The notes under the pieces: generated by a model
The model's input: the letters and a program-made list of their open reading frames with translations, nothing else
Told to the model about the DNA's origin: nothing
The model's database searches: none
Shown here: positions 48,680 to 57,424 of the stretch, one piece after another
Position numbering within the stretch: position 1 is the stretch's first letter
How the letters are laid out: each line of letters begins with the position of its first letter
IMG/VR virus record: IMGVR_UViG_3300022173_000225
Span: 2,905-66,904 of that record
Strand: one strand, 5' to 3'
DNA: 64,000 nucleotides
From: a virus
Taxonomy: Duplodnaviria > Caudoviricetes
Program-made: the position numbers and the translations under genes

Positions 48680-49657
48680 ATGACCCACACTCTCTGCCGC
48701 ACTTGCAAAACCCTCAAGGCCGACGTCGATTTCCTCGGCGTGCGTGCTCCCTTCACCTGCATCGCATGCAACACTGAGCCGCTGATACAAGGCAAAGTGT
48801 GCCCCGCATGCGAGGAGTTCAGGCACGTGAAGCTCTTTCGCTACCCCCTGACGCTGGCTCAAGCCGAAGCGCGGGGCTACTACAACCACGAGGAGCGACC
48901 GATGCACGCCACATCGAAGTTCTGTTCGTACTGCCGCAAGACCCCGCCACGAGGCAAGGAACACATGCTCAAAGGCGTGCCACGCCACTACACCCCGGCC
49001 GATCTACCCGCCATACCCCGCGCCAAACTCCTGCTCGAACGCGAACGAGGGCGCCTCAAGCAAACCGCGGTGCAAGATGAACTGGACCAGCGCGACCTGG
49101 ACCGAGAGCGCAAGCGCCGGGAAGGCGGCCGGCTTGGCGGTCTGAACCGATGGGAGAAGCACGACGACAAGCGGTGGCAGTGGGTTGCGAACGAGTTGCG
49201 CAAGGAACTCCAGCGGGTGGCCACCAAGATGCCCGGCCTGCAGCACGCAGCCGATGGCGGCGGTGACACGGCGCGCGCGAAGCTCGCCTTCCATGTGGCG
49301 TACAAGCAGGCGCTGCGTGAGGCACGTAACAAGGCGGTCGTGGGTCTGGGCGCATCCAAAGAGGGGGAGCACAAGTGGCGGGACCTGCTCGGCGCCCTGC
49401 GGATGGTTGAACTGGAGCAGTTGTGGGGTGTGATCGACCACATGGCCCGGCCTGTCGAGCGCGAAGAGGGGGGCAAGAAGAAGTACGCGAAGCCTGGGCG
49501 GCCGGCGAACGTGCCTCTGTTGCTGGCGCGCCGGGATGCGGACCTGTTCGAAGGCTGCCCCGTCAAGACCCGCACCGAGCGGGTTGCCCCGGTCAAGGAA
49601 AAGCCTTTCAAACACTACGTGCACAAGCCGCACGTCGACAACACCTGGGATGCATGA
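48680..49657 (+). CDS. Multi-CxxC Zn-ribbon protein (325 aa)
   Basis: CRTC, CIAC, CPAC, CSYC; basic helical C-terminal half. Confidence 0.75.
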   Translation: MTHTLCRTCKTLKADVDFLGVRAPFTCIACNTEPLIQGKVCPACEEFRHVKLFRYPLTLAQAEARGYYNHEERPMHATSKFCSYCRKTPPRGKEHMLKGVPRHYTPADLPAIPRAKLLLERERGRLKQTAVQDELDQRDLDRERKRREGGRLGGLNRWEKHDDKRWQWVANELRKELQRVATKMPGLQHAADGGGDTARAKLAFHVAYKQALREARNKAVVGLGASKEGEHKWRDLLGALRMVELEQLWGVIDHMARPVEREEGGKKKYAKPGRPANVPLLLARRDADLFEGCPVKTRTERVAPVKEKPFKHYVHKPHVDNTWDA

Positions 49658-49658
49658 C

Positions 49659-50117
49659 ATGACGCAGTTCGAATTCGTGAAGCACCGCTCGGCCTTCGAC
49701 CACCTGCGTTGGCAGTGGCTCATTGACTTGTGCCGGGAAGAACAGAAGCGGTGCTACAAACGCCGCAGCTACCGCTTGCAAGCAGCCCATGGGCACGGAG
49801 CCAACGGCGTACTGGGCGTGCGCAATGCGAACAGAGACGACTATCTCAGCACGTATCTGCAATTGCTGCAGGCAGTTGCCCGACAGGCCAAGCTATGGCA
49901 AGCACAAGGGAAGGCGACCCTTGACCACACGACGTGGGAGCAGTTGGTAGGGGCTGTGAATCTACAAAACCTGCGCAGGCTGTACGAAAACGACGCCGAA
50001 CTCCGCGAGCTTGCGCGCTCCCATAGAGGTCCACTTGCCGCACCGCCGTTCATGCTGACGCAGCAGGACACTCCCGTCTTCGCGCCATGCAAGTGGAGGC
50101 TGGAGGCAGACATCTGA
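49659..50117 (+). CDS. Hypothetical protein (152 aa)
   Basis: Starts 1 nt after upstream stop; ends right before motif A. Confidence 0.65.
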   Translation: MTQFEFVKHRSAFDHLRWQWLIDLCREEQKRCYKRRSYRLQAAHGHGANGVLGVRNANRDDYLSTYLQLLQAVARQAKLWQAQGKATLDHTTWEQLVGAVNLQNLRRLYENDAELRELARSHRGPLAAPPFMLTQQDTPVFAPCKWRLEADI

Positions 50118-50118
50118 A

Positions 50119-50222
50119 TCCGACCGGTGTCAAAGCAAACCGGCCGCTCTCGAAGAGAACGTGAGCATCGCTCACACCCGGCGCCACAGCGGACCTGTGG
50201 CAGTTCAATCAGGAGAAAGCAA
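50119..50222 (+). promoter_or_regulatory. Early cassette 4 (order A-B-C-D)
   Basis: A 50119-32; B GTGAGC-ATC-GCTCAC 50161-75; hairpin GCCACAG-CGGAC-CTGTGGC 50183-201; ATCAGGAGAAAGCAA. Confidence 0.9.
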
Positions 50223-51124
50223 TGAGTCATTTCACAGTCATGGTCATCGGAGCAACCGACGTCGCAGCAGCGCTGCAGCCCTTCCACGAGTACGAGTGCA
50301 CGGGCATCAAGGACCAGTACGTGATCTGGGTGGATGAGACCGAGGAGGTGCGCAAGGAGTGGTTGGGGCTCAGTGCCGATGACAAGGCGGAGTACAAGAA
50401 CCTTGTCCACTTCGCTGAAAGTTGGTTCGGCTACGAGGAGAGCGAGGACAAGCCGGGCACCTACGGCCACTGGACGAACCCGAACCGCAAGTGGGACTGG
50501 TACCAGATCGGCGGTCGTTGGTCGGGCTTCTTGAAGCTCAAGGCCGGCGTCAAGGGCAAGCTCGGCTCGCGCAGCCTGCTGGACAGCAGCCCCGATGACA
50601 GGCGTGGACGTGCAGACCAAGCGCGCAAGGGCGACATCGACGTGGCGGGCATGCGCGACGAAGCGGGTGAGAAAGCAGGTGCCAAGTGGGACATCATCAA
50701 CCCGGTGATCGCCCCGCACGAGATGACCTACATGGACTGGGCACTGGCGCAGGAAATGTCGATGCGTGACGGCAAGGTGGACTACGAGCTCGCACGCAAG
50801 ACGTACCACGGGCAAGACCTGATGATGGCAGTGCAGGCAGTCGCACAGGACAAGAGCAACCCGCACCGTGAGATGTTCGTGTGGATCGACGATGTGCAGC
50901 AGTACCTGCGCCCGCGGGATGAGTTCGTGCAGATCGCGCGCAACGGGGCCATCGGCACCTTCGCTGTGTTGAAAGATGGCGAGTGGGCCGAGCGCGGTGA
51001 GATGGGTTGGTTCGGCATGGTCAGCAACGAGGGCGACAAGAACGCCTGGGACCAGCAGTTCAATGACATGTTCGACGCGCTGCCCGACGACACGCTGATC
51101 ACAATTTGTGATTGTCACATATAG
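50222..51124 (+). CDS. Conserved phage protein (300 aa)
   Basis: MSHFTVMVIG, NPNRKWDWYQIGGRWSG, GEWAERGEMGWFG, DCHI end. Confidence 0.85.
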   Translation: MSHFTVMVIGATDVAAALQPFHEYECTGIKDQYVIWVDETEEVRKEWLGLSADDKAEYKNLVHFAESWFGYEESEDKPGTYGHWTNPNRKWDWYQIGGRWSGFLKLKAGVKGKLGSRSLLDSSPDDRRGRADQARKGDIDVAGMRDEAGEKAGAKWDIINPVIAPHEMTYMDWALAQEMSMRDGKVDYELARKTYHGQDLMMAVQAVAQDKSNPHREMFVWIDDVQQYLRPRDEFVQIARNGAIGTFAVLKDGEWAERGEMGWFGMVSNEGDKNAWDQQFNDMFDALPDDTLITICDCHI

Positions 51125-51180
51125 TCTTGTCATATCTGACGAGTTGATGTACGCTGCATTTCTTTTTGAAAGGAGAAGCA

Positions 51181-51696
51181 ATGCGGCACGAATGGCGCCC
51201 TGTTCCAGGGTACGAAGGCATCTACGAAGTCAGACAAGGCAAAGACGGGGGGCGTGTGCGAAGAGTGCAGCCCCTTGCACGCACGCGCGTTGGTAGAGAA
51301 CTGTTTGGGCTCGACGCCAACGGCTACCCGCGAGCCGTGCTCACAGGCGCTGATGGCAGCGTCAAGTACACGCGAATGCACGTACTCATCATGCGGGCCT
51401 TCGGCCCCCCACAACCCTGCCCGCTGCACGTAGTGCTGCACAAAGACGACGTCAAGAAGCACAACGTCATAGGCAATCTTGTGTGGGGTACAAAGTCGCA
51501 AAACCTGCTCGACTCGTGGGCCAACAAGCGACGCAAGGCCTGCACACCAGCGGGCGCAGCACACCCGAGGTCCAAGCTCACGCCAGCACAGGCAAAACGC
51601 ATCCGCCTCAGCAAGAAGCCTTTAAGCGAAATGGCCCTTGAAATGGGTGTGTCCAAGCAAACAGTGTGGCGAGTGCGCACACGCAAGAGCTATTAA
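51181..51696 (+). CDS. NUMOD4-HNH homing endonuclease (171 aa)
   Basis: WRPVPGYEGIYEV, VLHKDDVKKHNVIGNLVWGTKSQN. Confidence 0.88.
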   Translation: MRHEWRPVPGYEGIYEVRQGKDGGRVRRVQPLARTRVGRELFGLDANGYPRAVLTGADGSVKYTRMHVLIMRAFGPPQPCPLHVVLHKDDVKKHNVIGNLVWGTKSQNLLDSWANKRRKACTPAGAAHPRSKLTPAQAKRIRLSKKPLSEMALEMGVSKQTVWRVRTRKSY

Positions 51697-51697
51697 A

Positions 51698-51774
51698 TCC
51701 GACCGGTGTCGGCCGGCGCAGCAGCGGTCCTGCTGCAAAACCGTGAGCATCGCTCACACATCAGGAGAAAGCAA
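51698..51774 (+). promoter_or_regulatory. Early cassette 5 (order A-C-B-D)
   Basis: A 51698-711; hairpin 51718-36; B 51743-57; CATCAGGAGAAAGCAA 51759-74. Confidence 0.9.
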
Positions 51775-52127
51775 TGGGTCAATACTGGATGCCAGTGAAT
51801 CTGGACAAGAAAGAATACCTGCACCCCCACGACATGGGTGACGGCGCCAAGTTGTGGGAGCAGGCGTTCAGCGCGGGTGGGGTGGCCTCCGCATTGGTGT
51901 TGTTGCTCGCACCACTACCTATCAGGCGCGGTGGTGGGGATCCGAGCGACTTGACGCACGTTGGCCGGTGGGCAGGGGACCGCATCGTGTTCGTCGGGGA
52001 CTACAGCGAGAAGGACGACTGCAAGGTGCGCAGCTTCGGCACGCTGTACAAGCGCGTGCGTGAGAACAAGGGGTACACCAACATCTCGGATCTGGCCAAG
52101 GCCATGGTCGATAGCAACAACAGCTGA
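51774..52127 (+). CDS. Conserved early protein (117 aa)
   Basis: MGQYWMPVNLDKKEYL, GRWAGDRIVFVGDY. Confidence 0.85.
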   Translation: MGQYWMPVNLDKKEYLHPHDMGDGAKLWEQAFSAGGVASALVLLLAPLPIRRGGGDPSDLTHVGRWAGDRIVFVGDYSEKDDCKVRSFGTLYKRVRENKGYTNISDLAKAMVDSNNS

Positions 52128-52139
52128 AGGAGAAAGCAA

Positions 52140-52574
52140 ATGAAACGCACCATCGCAACCCTCGCGCTGCTCTTCGCAGCCCTCACCACCCACGCACAAG
52201 GCCTCATGCCCGAGACCGTCGGGCTGCATCTGGCCAGCAAGCACAGCAGCTACAAGCAGCAGTGGAACGACGCCAACGTCGGTGTGTACGCACGCTGGGG
52301 CAACGGCATCACGCTGGGCACCATGCGCAACTCCGAGCGCACGCAGTCCTACTACGCGGGGTGGACAGGCGACTGGGCACTGACCAAGCGCATCGATGCT
52401 GGCCTCACGCTGGGCCTGATCACGGGGTACAAGCGCGCGAAGGTGCTGCCGATGGTGGTGCCGAGCCTGCGCCTCGCAGTGACCGAGAACCTGGGCCTGC
52501 GCACCAGCTACATCTTCAACCCAGACAAAGGAGGTGCACACGCACTGCACATATCAGCCGAGTGGAAATTCTGA
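52140..52574 (+). CDS. PagP-like outer-membrane beta-barrel protein (144 aa)
   Basis: Signal peptide ending THA, HLASKH, NDANVG, RNSERTQSYYAG, C-terminal EWKF. Confidence 0.65.
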   Translation: MKRTIATLALLFAALTTHAQGLMPETVGLHLASKHSSYKQQWNDANVGVYARWGNGITLGTMRNSERTQSYYAGWTGDWALTKRIDAGLTLGLITGYKRAKVLPMVVPSLRLAVTENLGLRTSYIFNPDKGGAHALHISAEWKF

Positions 52575-52594
52575 TCAACAACTGAAAGAGAACC

Positions 52595-52888
52595 ATGAGA
52601 AATTCGAAATCCGCGCTGCTCGCAGCACTCGCCATGTCCGCACTTGTGACAGCGGGCACCAACTCAACCGCTCGACCCGGCGGCGTGCTTGTGATCGACG
52701 AGAGCACGCAGCTGCGCAATATCCCCGCAGATCGTGGCCAGAACGTGCCCGGTGACACGAAGAGCGACAGGCTGGGCACTGGGTACTACCGACGCCACAA
52801 GGCGCCTGTGGGCAAGCGCTACCGCGCATCCGTCAAGCAACATCAACGCCACGCCGCCAAGGCACGCAACAGAGCCAAGATGCGCTGA
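52595..52888 (+). CDS. Hypothetical protein, hydrophobic N-terminus and basic C-terminus (97 aa)
   Basis: Co-oriented; ends 2 nt before motif A. Confidence 0.65.
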   Translation: MRNSKSALLAALAMSALVTAGTNSTARPGGVLVIDESTQLRNIPADRGQNVPGDTKSDRLGTGYYRRHKAPVGKRYRASVKQHQRHAAKARNRAKMR

Positions 52889-52890
52889 CA

Positions 52891-52961
52891 TCCAACCGGT
52901 GTCAAAAACGTGAGCGTTGCTCACACCCGGCGCAGCGGCGGTCCCGCTGCATATCAGGAGA
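52891..52961 (+). promoter_or_regulatory. Early cassette 6 (order A-B-C-D)
   Basis: TCCAACCGGTGTCA; GTGAGC-GTT-GCTCAC 52910-24; GCAGCGG-CGGTC-CCGCTGC 52932-50; ATCAGGAG. Confidence 0.9.
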
Positions 52962-52967
52962 TTCCAA

Positions 52968-53450
52968 ATGGAAAAGCAAGCAATCCTCCAGAACCTGCGC
53001 GATGCGCACGACATTCTGTCCAAGGTCGAAGAGCCCATCTTTAAGCTGAGCACCTTCAAGAAAGAACTCAGCTGCGGCACCATCGCATGCGCTGCAGGGT
53101 GGTTGGCTATGTCCGAGCGCTTTGCGCCGATCATGAAGCTGGTGCCTTTCGGAGTACAGACCCCCAACGCTCACCACTTCTTCAACTTGCGCCCCGCAGA
53201 CTGGGTCGAGGGTACTGTGGAAGACAGCGCGTACTACTTCGGGTGGCTTGACGGACACTTCGGCCCGCACGCATTCGACATGCTCTTCTGCGAAAGGGGC
53301 GGCGGCATGAAAGACCTGGACCACCCTATGGCGGAGCGAGATGAAGACGACGAAGACGAGTGCGTATTCCCGGACAGCGTCACCGACAAGGACCTTGCGC
53401 TCTGGCGCATCAGGCAGCAGATCGCCGCGATCGAAGGGAGTGCGGAATGA
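52968..53450 (+). CDS. Early hypothetical protein (160 aa)
   Basis: RBS ATCAGGAG; CGTIACAAGWL. Confidence 0.8.
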   Translation: MEKQAILQNLRDAHDILSKVEEPIFKLSTFKKELSCGTIACAAGWLAMSERFAPIMKLVPFGVQTPNAHHFFNLRPADWVEGTVEDSAYYFGWLDGHFGPHAFDMLFCERGGGMKDLDHPMAERDEDDEDECVFPDSVTDKDLALWRIRQQIAAIEGSAE

Positions 53451-53836
53451 AAGGCAAACCAATCGAGCCAGGATGTCTGGCCATGATCGTGGGGTCCAAG
53501 CGCAACCCCGAAAACAACGGGAAGACGGTACGTGTTCTTCGCGTGGCGGCATTCGAAGAGCGCCCCCCTGAAGCGAATGCGGTGGCTAAGCAAAAGGGCA
53601 TACGTTTCATACCGCTCCCGCCCGAGGTAGCGAACCTCAAACGCTGGTGGGTCGAGCCTGTCCACGGGCTGCTTCAGTGGCGCAGCGCGCGAGGGCGTGT
53701 TGACGCGGACTGCGCGGCGCGGAGCTACAAAGAGAAGTTTCTAATTCGCCTTGACGATGACGAAGCACCCAAGGAAGTCACCCGTACGGTTGTCAAGAAC
53801 GCACCCAAGAGCAAGCCTGTCGACGAAGTCATTTAA
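53447..53836 (+). CDS. Early hypothetical protein (129 aa)
   Basis: ATGA-coupled; PGCLAMIVG. Confidence 0.75.
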   Translation: MKGKPIEPGCLAMIVGSKRNPENNGKTVRVLRVAAFEERPPEANAVAKQKGIRFIPLPPEVANLKRWWVEPVHGLLQWRSARGRVDADCAARSYKEKFLIRLDDDEAPKEVTRTVVKNAPKSKPVDEVI

Positions 53837-53847
53837 GGAGAAGAAGC

Positions 53848-54450
53848 ATGACCCCCATCAAGACCATCAACTCGCGTGTGCCCGGCCTCGTAGCGCACAT
53901 CTACCAAGACTTTGCCCCCGTGTCACCCGCGGAGTGGGACAACCTGGGCGAGATCACCTACAACAAGGCCGCGCGCTACGTGCTGGGCACGCACCCCAAG
54001 TCCGCCGAGCAGGACGCCGAGATCGCACGCATGGTGCGTGACGGTGAGGCCTACGGCCTGCCTGTGTGGGCCTACGTGCACAGCGGCTCGACGATCAAGG
54101 CTGCGCTGACCAATCCCTTCGGCTGCCCATGGGACAGCGGGCGCAGTGGCTGGGCGTACGTGATGAAGGACAAGGCGCTCAAGGAGTTTGGCCGCAAGCT
54201 GCCATCGCGCAAGCTGAAGTTCCGCATTCTCGACGTGCTCAAGGGTGAGGTCGAGACGTTCAATCAGTGGCTCAACGGCGACGTGTACGGCTACCGCATC
54301 GAGCTCAACGGCGAGCAAGTGGACAGCTGCTGGGGCATGTACGGCCTGGAGGAGACGGTCAAGGAGGTCACGCTCTTGCTCGAGCTTGAGGCTCGACGCA
54401 TCGCGCCGATGCAGCAGATGGAACTTGAACTTCAAGGAGCAACAGCATGA
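53848..54450 (+). CDS. Conserved early protein (200 aa)
   Basis: PVWAYVHSG, CPWDSG, EVETFNQWLNGDVYGY, DSCWG. Confidence 0.85.
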   Translation: MTPIKTINSRVPGLVAHIYQDFAPVSPAEWDNLGEITYNKAARYVLGTHPKSAEQDAEIARMVRDGEAYGLPVWAYVHSGSTIKAALTNPFGCPWDSGRSGWAYVMKDKALKEFGRKLPSRKLKFRILDVLKGEVETFNQWLNGDVYGYRIELNGEQVDSCWGMYGLEETVKEVTLLLELEARRIAPMQQMELELQGATA

Positions 54451-54653
54451 GATACAAGGGCTACACCTTGGAGAACCACTACCTGCCGGGCAGCACGTTC
54501 CGAATCAAGGACGGTCGCGTCATCAACCGCAAACCAACGCTCAAAGACATCGACTACGTCCGCGCCACTCCGGACGACGGCGGCCATGCGCTCAACTGCG
54601 CGAACATGTCCGAGGCCAAGGCGTGGGCGGACAAGTGGCCGGTAAAGAAGTAG
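54447..54653 (+). CDS. Early hypothetical protein (68 aa)
   Basis: ATGA-coupled, RBS AAGGAG. Confidence 0.75.
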   Translation: MRYKGYTLENHYLPGSTFRIKDGRVINRKPTLKDIDYVRATPDDGGHALNCANMSEAKAWADKWPVKK

Positions 54654-54654
54654 T

Positions 54655-54729
54655 TCCGACCGGTGTCAAAAATGTGAGCGCTGCTCACACAACCCGCGCA
54701 GCAGGGGTCCTGCTGCAAATCATCAGGAG
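54655..54729 (+). promoter_or_regulatory. Early cassette 7 (order A-B-C-D)
   Basis: A 54655-68; GTGAGC-GCT-GCTCAC 54674-88; hairpin 54698-716; CATCAGGAG 54721-29. Confidence 0.9.
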
Positions 54730-54735
54730 TAAATC

Positions 54736-55146
54736 ATGGGTACACGTTCAATCACCACCATCATCGACAACCAATGGGGCAAGCCCTCCAAGGTCTGCAC
54801 CATGTACGCACAGTTCGACGGCTACCCCAGTGGCCACGGTCAGGCACTCTTCGACTTCCTTGTGAAGATGAAGCCCTGCAACGGCCTGGGCGGCAAGGCT
54901 CCGCAGGGAATGGAGTGGGCCAACGGCGCAGGGTGTCTGGCTGCACAGATGATCAAGCACTTCAAGGACGGCCCCGGCGGGCATTACATGACTGCGCCGC
55001 GCGTCACGCTCGACGGTGAGGACTACGGCTACGAGGTCACGTTCGAGCAGAACATGACGCTCACTGTTGTGGTCAAGAGTTACAAGGGCAAGGTCTTCAG
55101 TGGCAGCCTGCACGACTTCGGTATCTTTTGCGCAAAGGACAAGTGA
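54736..55146 (+). CDS. Conserved early protein (136 aa)
   Basis: MGTRSIT, YAQFDGYPSGHG, NGAGCLAAQMI. Confidence 0.85.
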   Translation: MGTRSITTIIDNQWGKPSKVCTMYAQFDGYPSGHGQALFDFLVKMKPCNGLGGKAPQGMEWANGAGCLAAQMIKHFKDGPGGHYMTAPRVTLDGEDYGYEVTFEQNMTLTVVVKSYKGKVFSGSLHDFGIFCAKDK

Positions 55147-55147
55147 C

Positions 55148-55312
55148 ATGAAGACAACGCCAAAAGTGCGCGAGCTCATCGCGGCTTGCAGCCAACCAGC
55201 TTGCCGGCGCGGCGCGCAGTACCGCATCAAAAAGACGGGACGTCTCATCTGCATGCTTTGTGCCAAATTACTGGACAAAGACGAGATCACTCAAATCGAG
55301 GAGAAAGCATGA
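55148..55312 (+). CDS. Small Cys-containing protein (54 aa)
   Basis: CSQPAC...CMLC; coupled to neighbours. Confidence 0.55.
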   Translation: MKTTPKVRELIAACSQPACRRGAQYRIKKTGRLICMLCAKLLDKDEITQIEEKA

Positions 55313-55515
55313 ACCACCCACCCTACGGACCCAACGTGCGCATCCGAACGCTGCGCAACACGGCCGAGCACCAAGACTACGAACTCGTCGAGGAGCGCGT
55401 CAACGACAAATGGGAAGAGCGCGGCCGCTTCGGCCATATGAGCAACGACTACGCGTTCACCGAGGCCGGTGCGCTGGCCCGCAGCTTGGCAACGAAACAC
55501 ATCGGAGGGCATTGA
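55309..55515 (+). CDS. Early hypothetical protein (68 aa)
   Basis: RBS AGGAGAAAGCA. Confidence 0.75.
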   Translation: MNHPPYGPNVRIRTLRNTAEHQDYELVEERVNDKWEERGRFGHMSNDYAFTEAGALARSLATKHIGGH

Positions 55516-55516
55516 G

Positions 55517-55864
55517 ATGCTTGCAATCATTGACCAATACAACGCGGCCAAGCAGGCCATCTTCGATCACGTCGGCTACGTCGAGAACTGGGTGGTGATC
55601 CCGCTCAACGACGACCGTGAGATGTTCTGGCGCTTGGAAGGTGGCGAGGGTGTCGGCGGCGTTCTCTGCTACGCGCCCACGGAACACGACTTGCATGACG
55701 AAGCCGGCAGCGTCTACTACGAGGACGAGATCTACACGCAGCGATTCTTGCCCAAGTGGGTCTATCGCGGGGCCGAGTTCACCATCGTGTGCTGCAACCC
55801 CGGCGTGGACGGCAACAAGTTTCTGCGCATTCTCGACAACACCAAAGAAAGGAACCCATCATGA
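55517..55864 (+). CDS. Early hypothetical protein (115 aa)
   Basis: RBS GGAGG; operon context. Confidence 0.75.
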   Translation: MLAIIDQYNAAKQAIFDHVGYVENWVVIPLNDDREMFWRLEGGEGVGGVLCYAPTEHDLHDEAGSVYYEDEIYTQRFLPKWVYRGAEFTIVCCNPGVDGNKFLRILDNTKERNPS

Positions 55865-56076
55865 GCTTCAAACCAGAAGTCCGCACGGGCAGCACCGACC
55901 CGAAGTTCTACGGCAACAACCTCGCCTTCGCCACACGCGAAGAGGCCGAGTACAGCGCCTACGCGCTGAGGGACCGCTGGATGCTCGTCGTCGAGTGCCG
56001 CGTGGTCGAGAGCGACCAGCCTGTGAACTACCACATCGATGTCACCACGGGGATCATGACGGAGGTTAAGCCATGA
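55861..56076 (+). CDS. Early hypothetical protein (71 aa)
   Basis: MSFKPEV, GNNLAFATREEAE. Confidence 0.8.
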   Translation: MSFKPEVRTGSTDPKFYGNNLAFATREEAEYSAYALRDRWMLVVECRVVESDQPVNYHIDVTTGIMTEVKP

Positions 56077-56435
56077 GCGAATCCTCAGAAGACTGGGCCG
56101 CCTACAAGGCGCAGCAGAAGCTGGAGCGCGCGGAGCGGCGTGCCACGGCTGAGCGGCAGCTGCAACGCACGGACATCAAGTACACCGTGCACAACGACGG
56201 CGCACACATCGTCATCGAGGAAGGCGGTGCGATCTTCGACTACTGGCCGGGCAACACACGCTGGCGCATGCGCCCGTATCGCAGTGACTTCGGTGTGGAC
56301 AAGCTGTTCGCTGCGATCGTGCAGCGGCGGCAAGTGGCCGCGGACTTCGAAGCGAAGCGCGCTCGGCACCAAGAAGATGAAGCGTTCGTCGAACGCATGA
56401 CGCGGGCATTCCCGCACTTAGGAGAAGAGGTATGA
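56073..56435 (+). CDS. Early hypothetical protein (120 aa)
   Basis: HNDGAHIVI, FDYWPG. Confidence 0.8.
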   Translation: MSESSEDWAAYKAQQKLERAERRATAERQLQRTDIKYTVHNDGAHIVIEEGGAIFDYWPGNTRWRMRPYRSDFGVDKLFAAIVQRRQVAADFEAKRARHQEDEAFVERMTRAFPHLGEEV

Positions 56436-56662
56436 AAGATCCGAAGTTCATTCAGTTGTTGGCCACTGTGGAGGAAGACGGCAACGTGCGCCAAGCCACG
56501 CCAGAGGAGCAGGCGGCACACGCGTGCCTGTGGTCTGTCTACAAGGGCGAGCCCGGTGCGTTCGAGTGGTTCGCCGACTTCAACTACTGGATAGACGCTA
56601 CGGCCTTCGCGCGCACGCAGGCGCAGATGTACGGCGCACAGCTGATCGAAGGGGGTGCGTGA
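56432..56662 (+). CDS. Early hypothetical protein (76 aa)
   Basis: ATGA-coupled; FEWFADF. Confidence 0.75.
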   Translation: MKDPKFIQLLATVEEDGNVRQATPEEQAAHACLWSVYKGEPGAFEWFADFNYWIDATAFARTQAQMYGAQLIEGGA

Positions 56663-56877
56663 TGGCCATTCAACCAACCATCATGACCGATGACGAGTTC
56701 ATCTACACCTGCTGGACCATGCGCACGTACGGTGGCGGCTTCGCGCAGCACATCGGACAGGCAGGGCATGCCGCAGACAGCTACAACAAGCAGCGCCTCA
56801 TGGCTGCCTTTCCCGACCTCTTCGAGAAGTTCGGCCCGGGGTCTTCGTTCTACATGGCTTACGTCGCCGAGCGGTGA
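56662..56877 (+). CDS. Early hypothetical protein (71 aa)
   Basis: TGATG-coupled; YGGGFAQ...AADSYNKQRLMAAFPD. Confidence 0.75.
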   Translation: MAIQPTIMTDDEFIYTCWTMRTYGGGFAQHIGQAGHAADSYNKQRLMAAFPDLFEKFGPGSSFYMAYVAER

Positions 56878-56899
56878 CGCCAACATCAGGAGAATCAAC

Positions 56900-57424
56900 A
56901 TGATCGACATCAACACCATCATCCAGCAAGCACTCGAGAAAGCCATCACCGAGGCAGTCGACAAGAAGTTTGACGAAATCGAGCTTCGCATCGAAGGCAT
57001 CGAGCAGGCGCTGCGTCACAAGAGCGACCTGGGCCCGCTGCGCGCTCAGTTTGCCGAGGACATCCAGCAGCTTGAGTACCGCATCAACAACGTGAACGAC
57101 TCCTTCAACGCAGGGCAGCGCATGCTGCTGAACTTCGAGCGGGACATGGGCACCGTCAAGGAAACCCTCAGCGGCATGCAGGAACGCTTCGCTTTGAAGG
57201 ACGTGGTCAATGCGGACATCGAGGGCATCAACAGAGTGCTCGACGAGCGCGCCAGTGTGGCTTCTGTGGAGTGTCTGGAAGAAGAAATGAATCGCATGCA
57301 GCGTCGGCTGGCTGCGGCCGAACGCGACAGCCGCGCCCCCGAACTGGACAGCCAGGAAGTGGCGGACGTCATCGCCGACCTGTTCAGCGACGGCACATTG
57401 ACCATCACCATCGACAAAGTGTGA
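56900..57424 (+). CDS. Coiled-coil early protein (174 aa)
   Basis: RBS CATCAGGAGAA; heptad-rich. Confidence 0.8.
   Translation: MIDINTIIQQALEKAITEAVDKKFDEIELRIEGIEQALRHKSDLGPLRAQFAEDIQQLEYRINNVNDSFNAGQRMLLNFERDMGTVKETLSGMQERFALKDVVNADIEGINRVLDERASVASVECLEEEMNRMQRRLAAAERDSRAPELDSQEVADVIADLFSDGTLTITIDKV

Noticed and set aside
47928-54668. Motif A as an antisense -35 (TTGACA on - strand in three copies)
   Set aside because: No consistent -10 at 17 nt (TTTACC, TCTGCC, CATCTT), and two copies lack the TTGACA.
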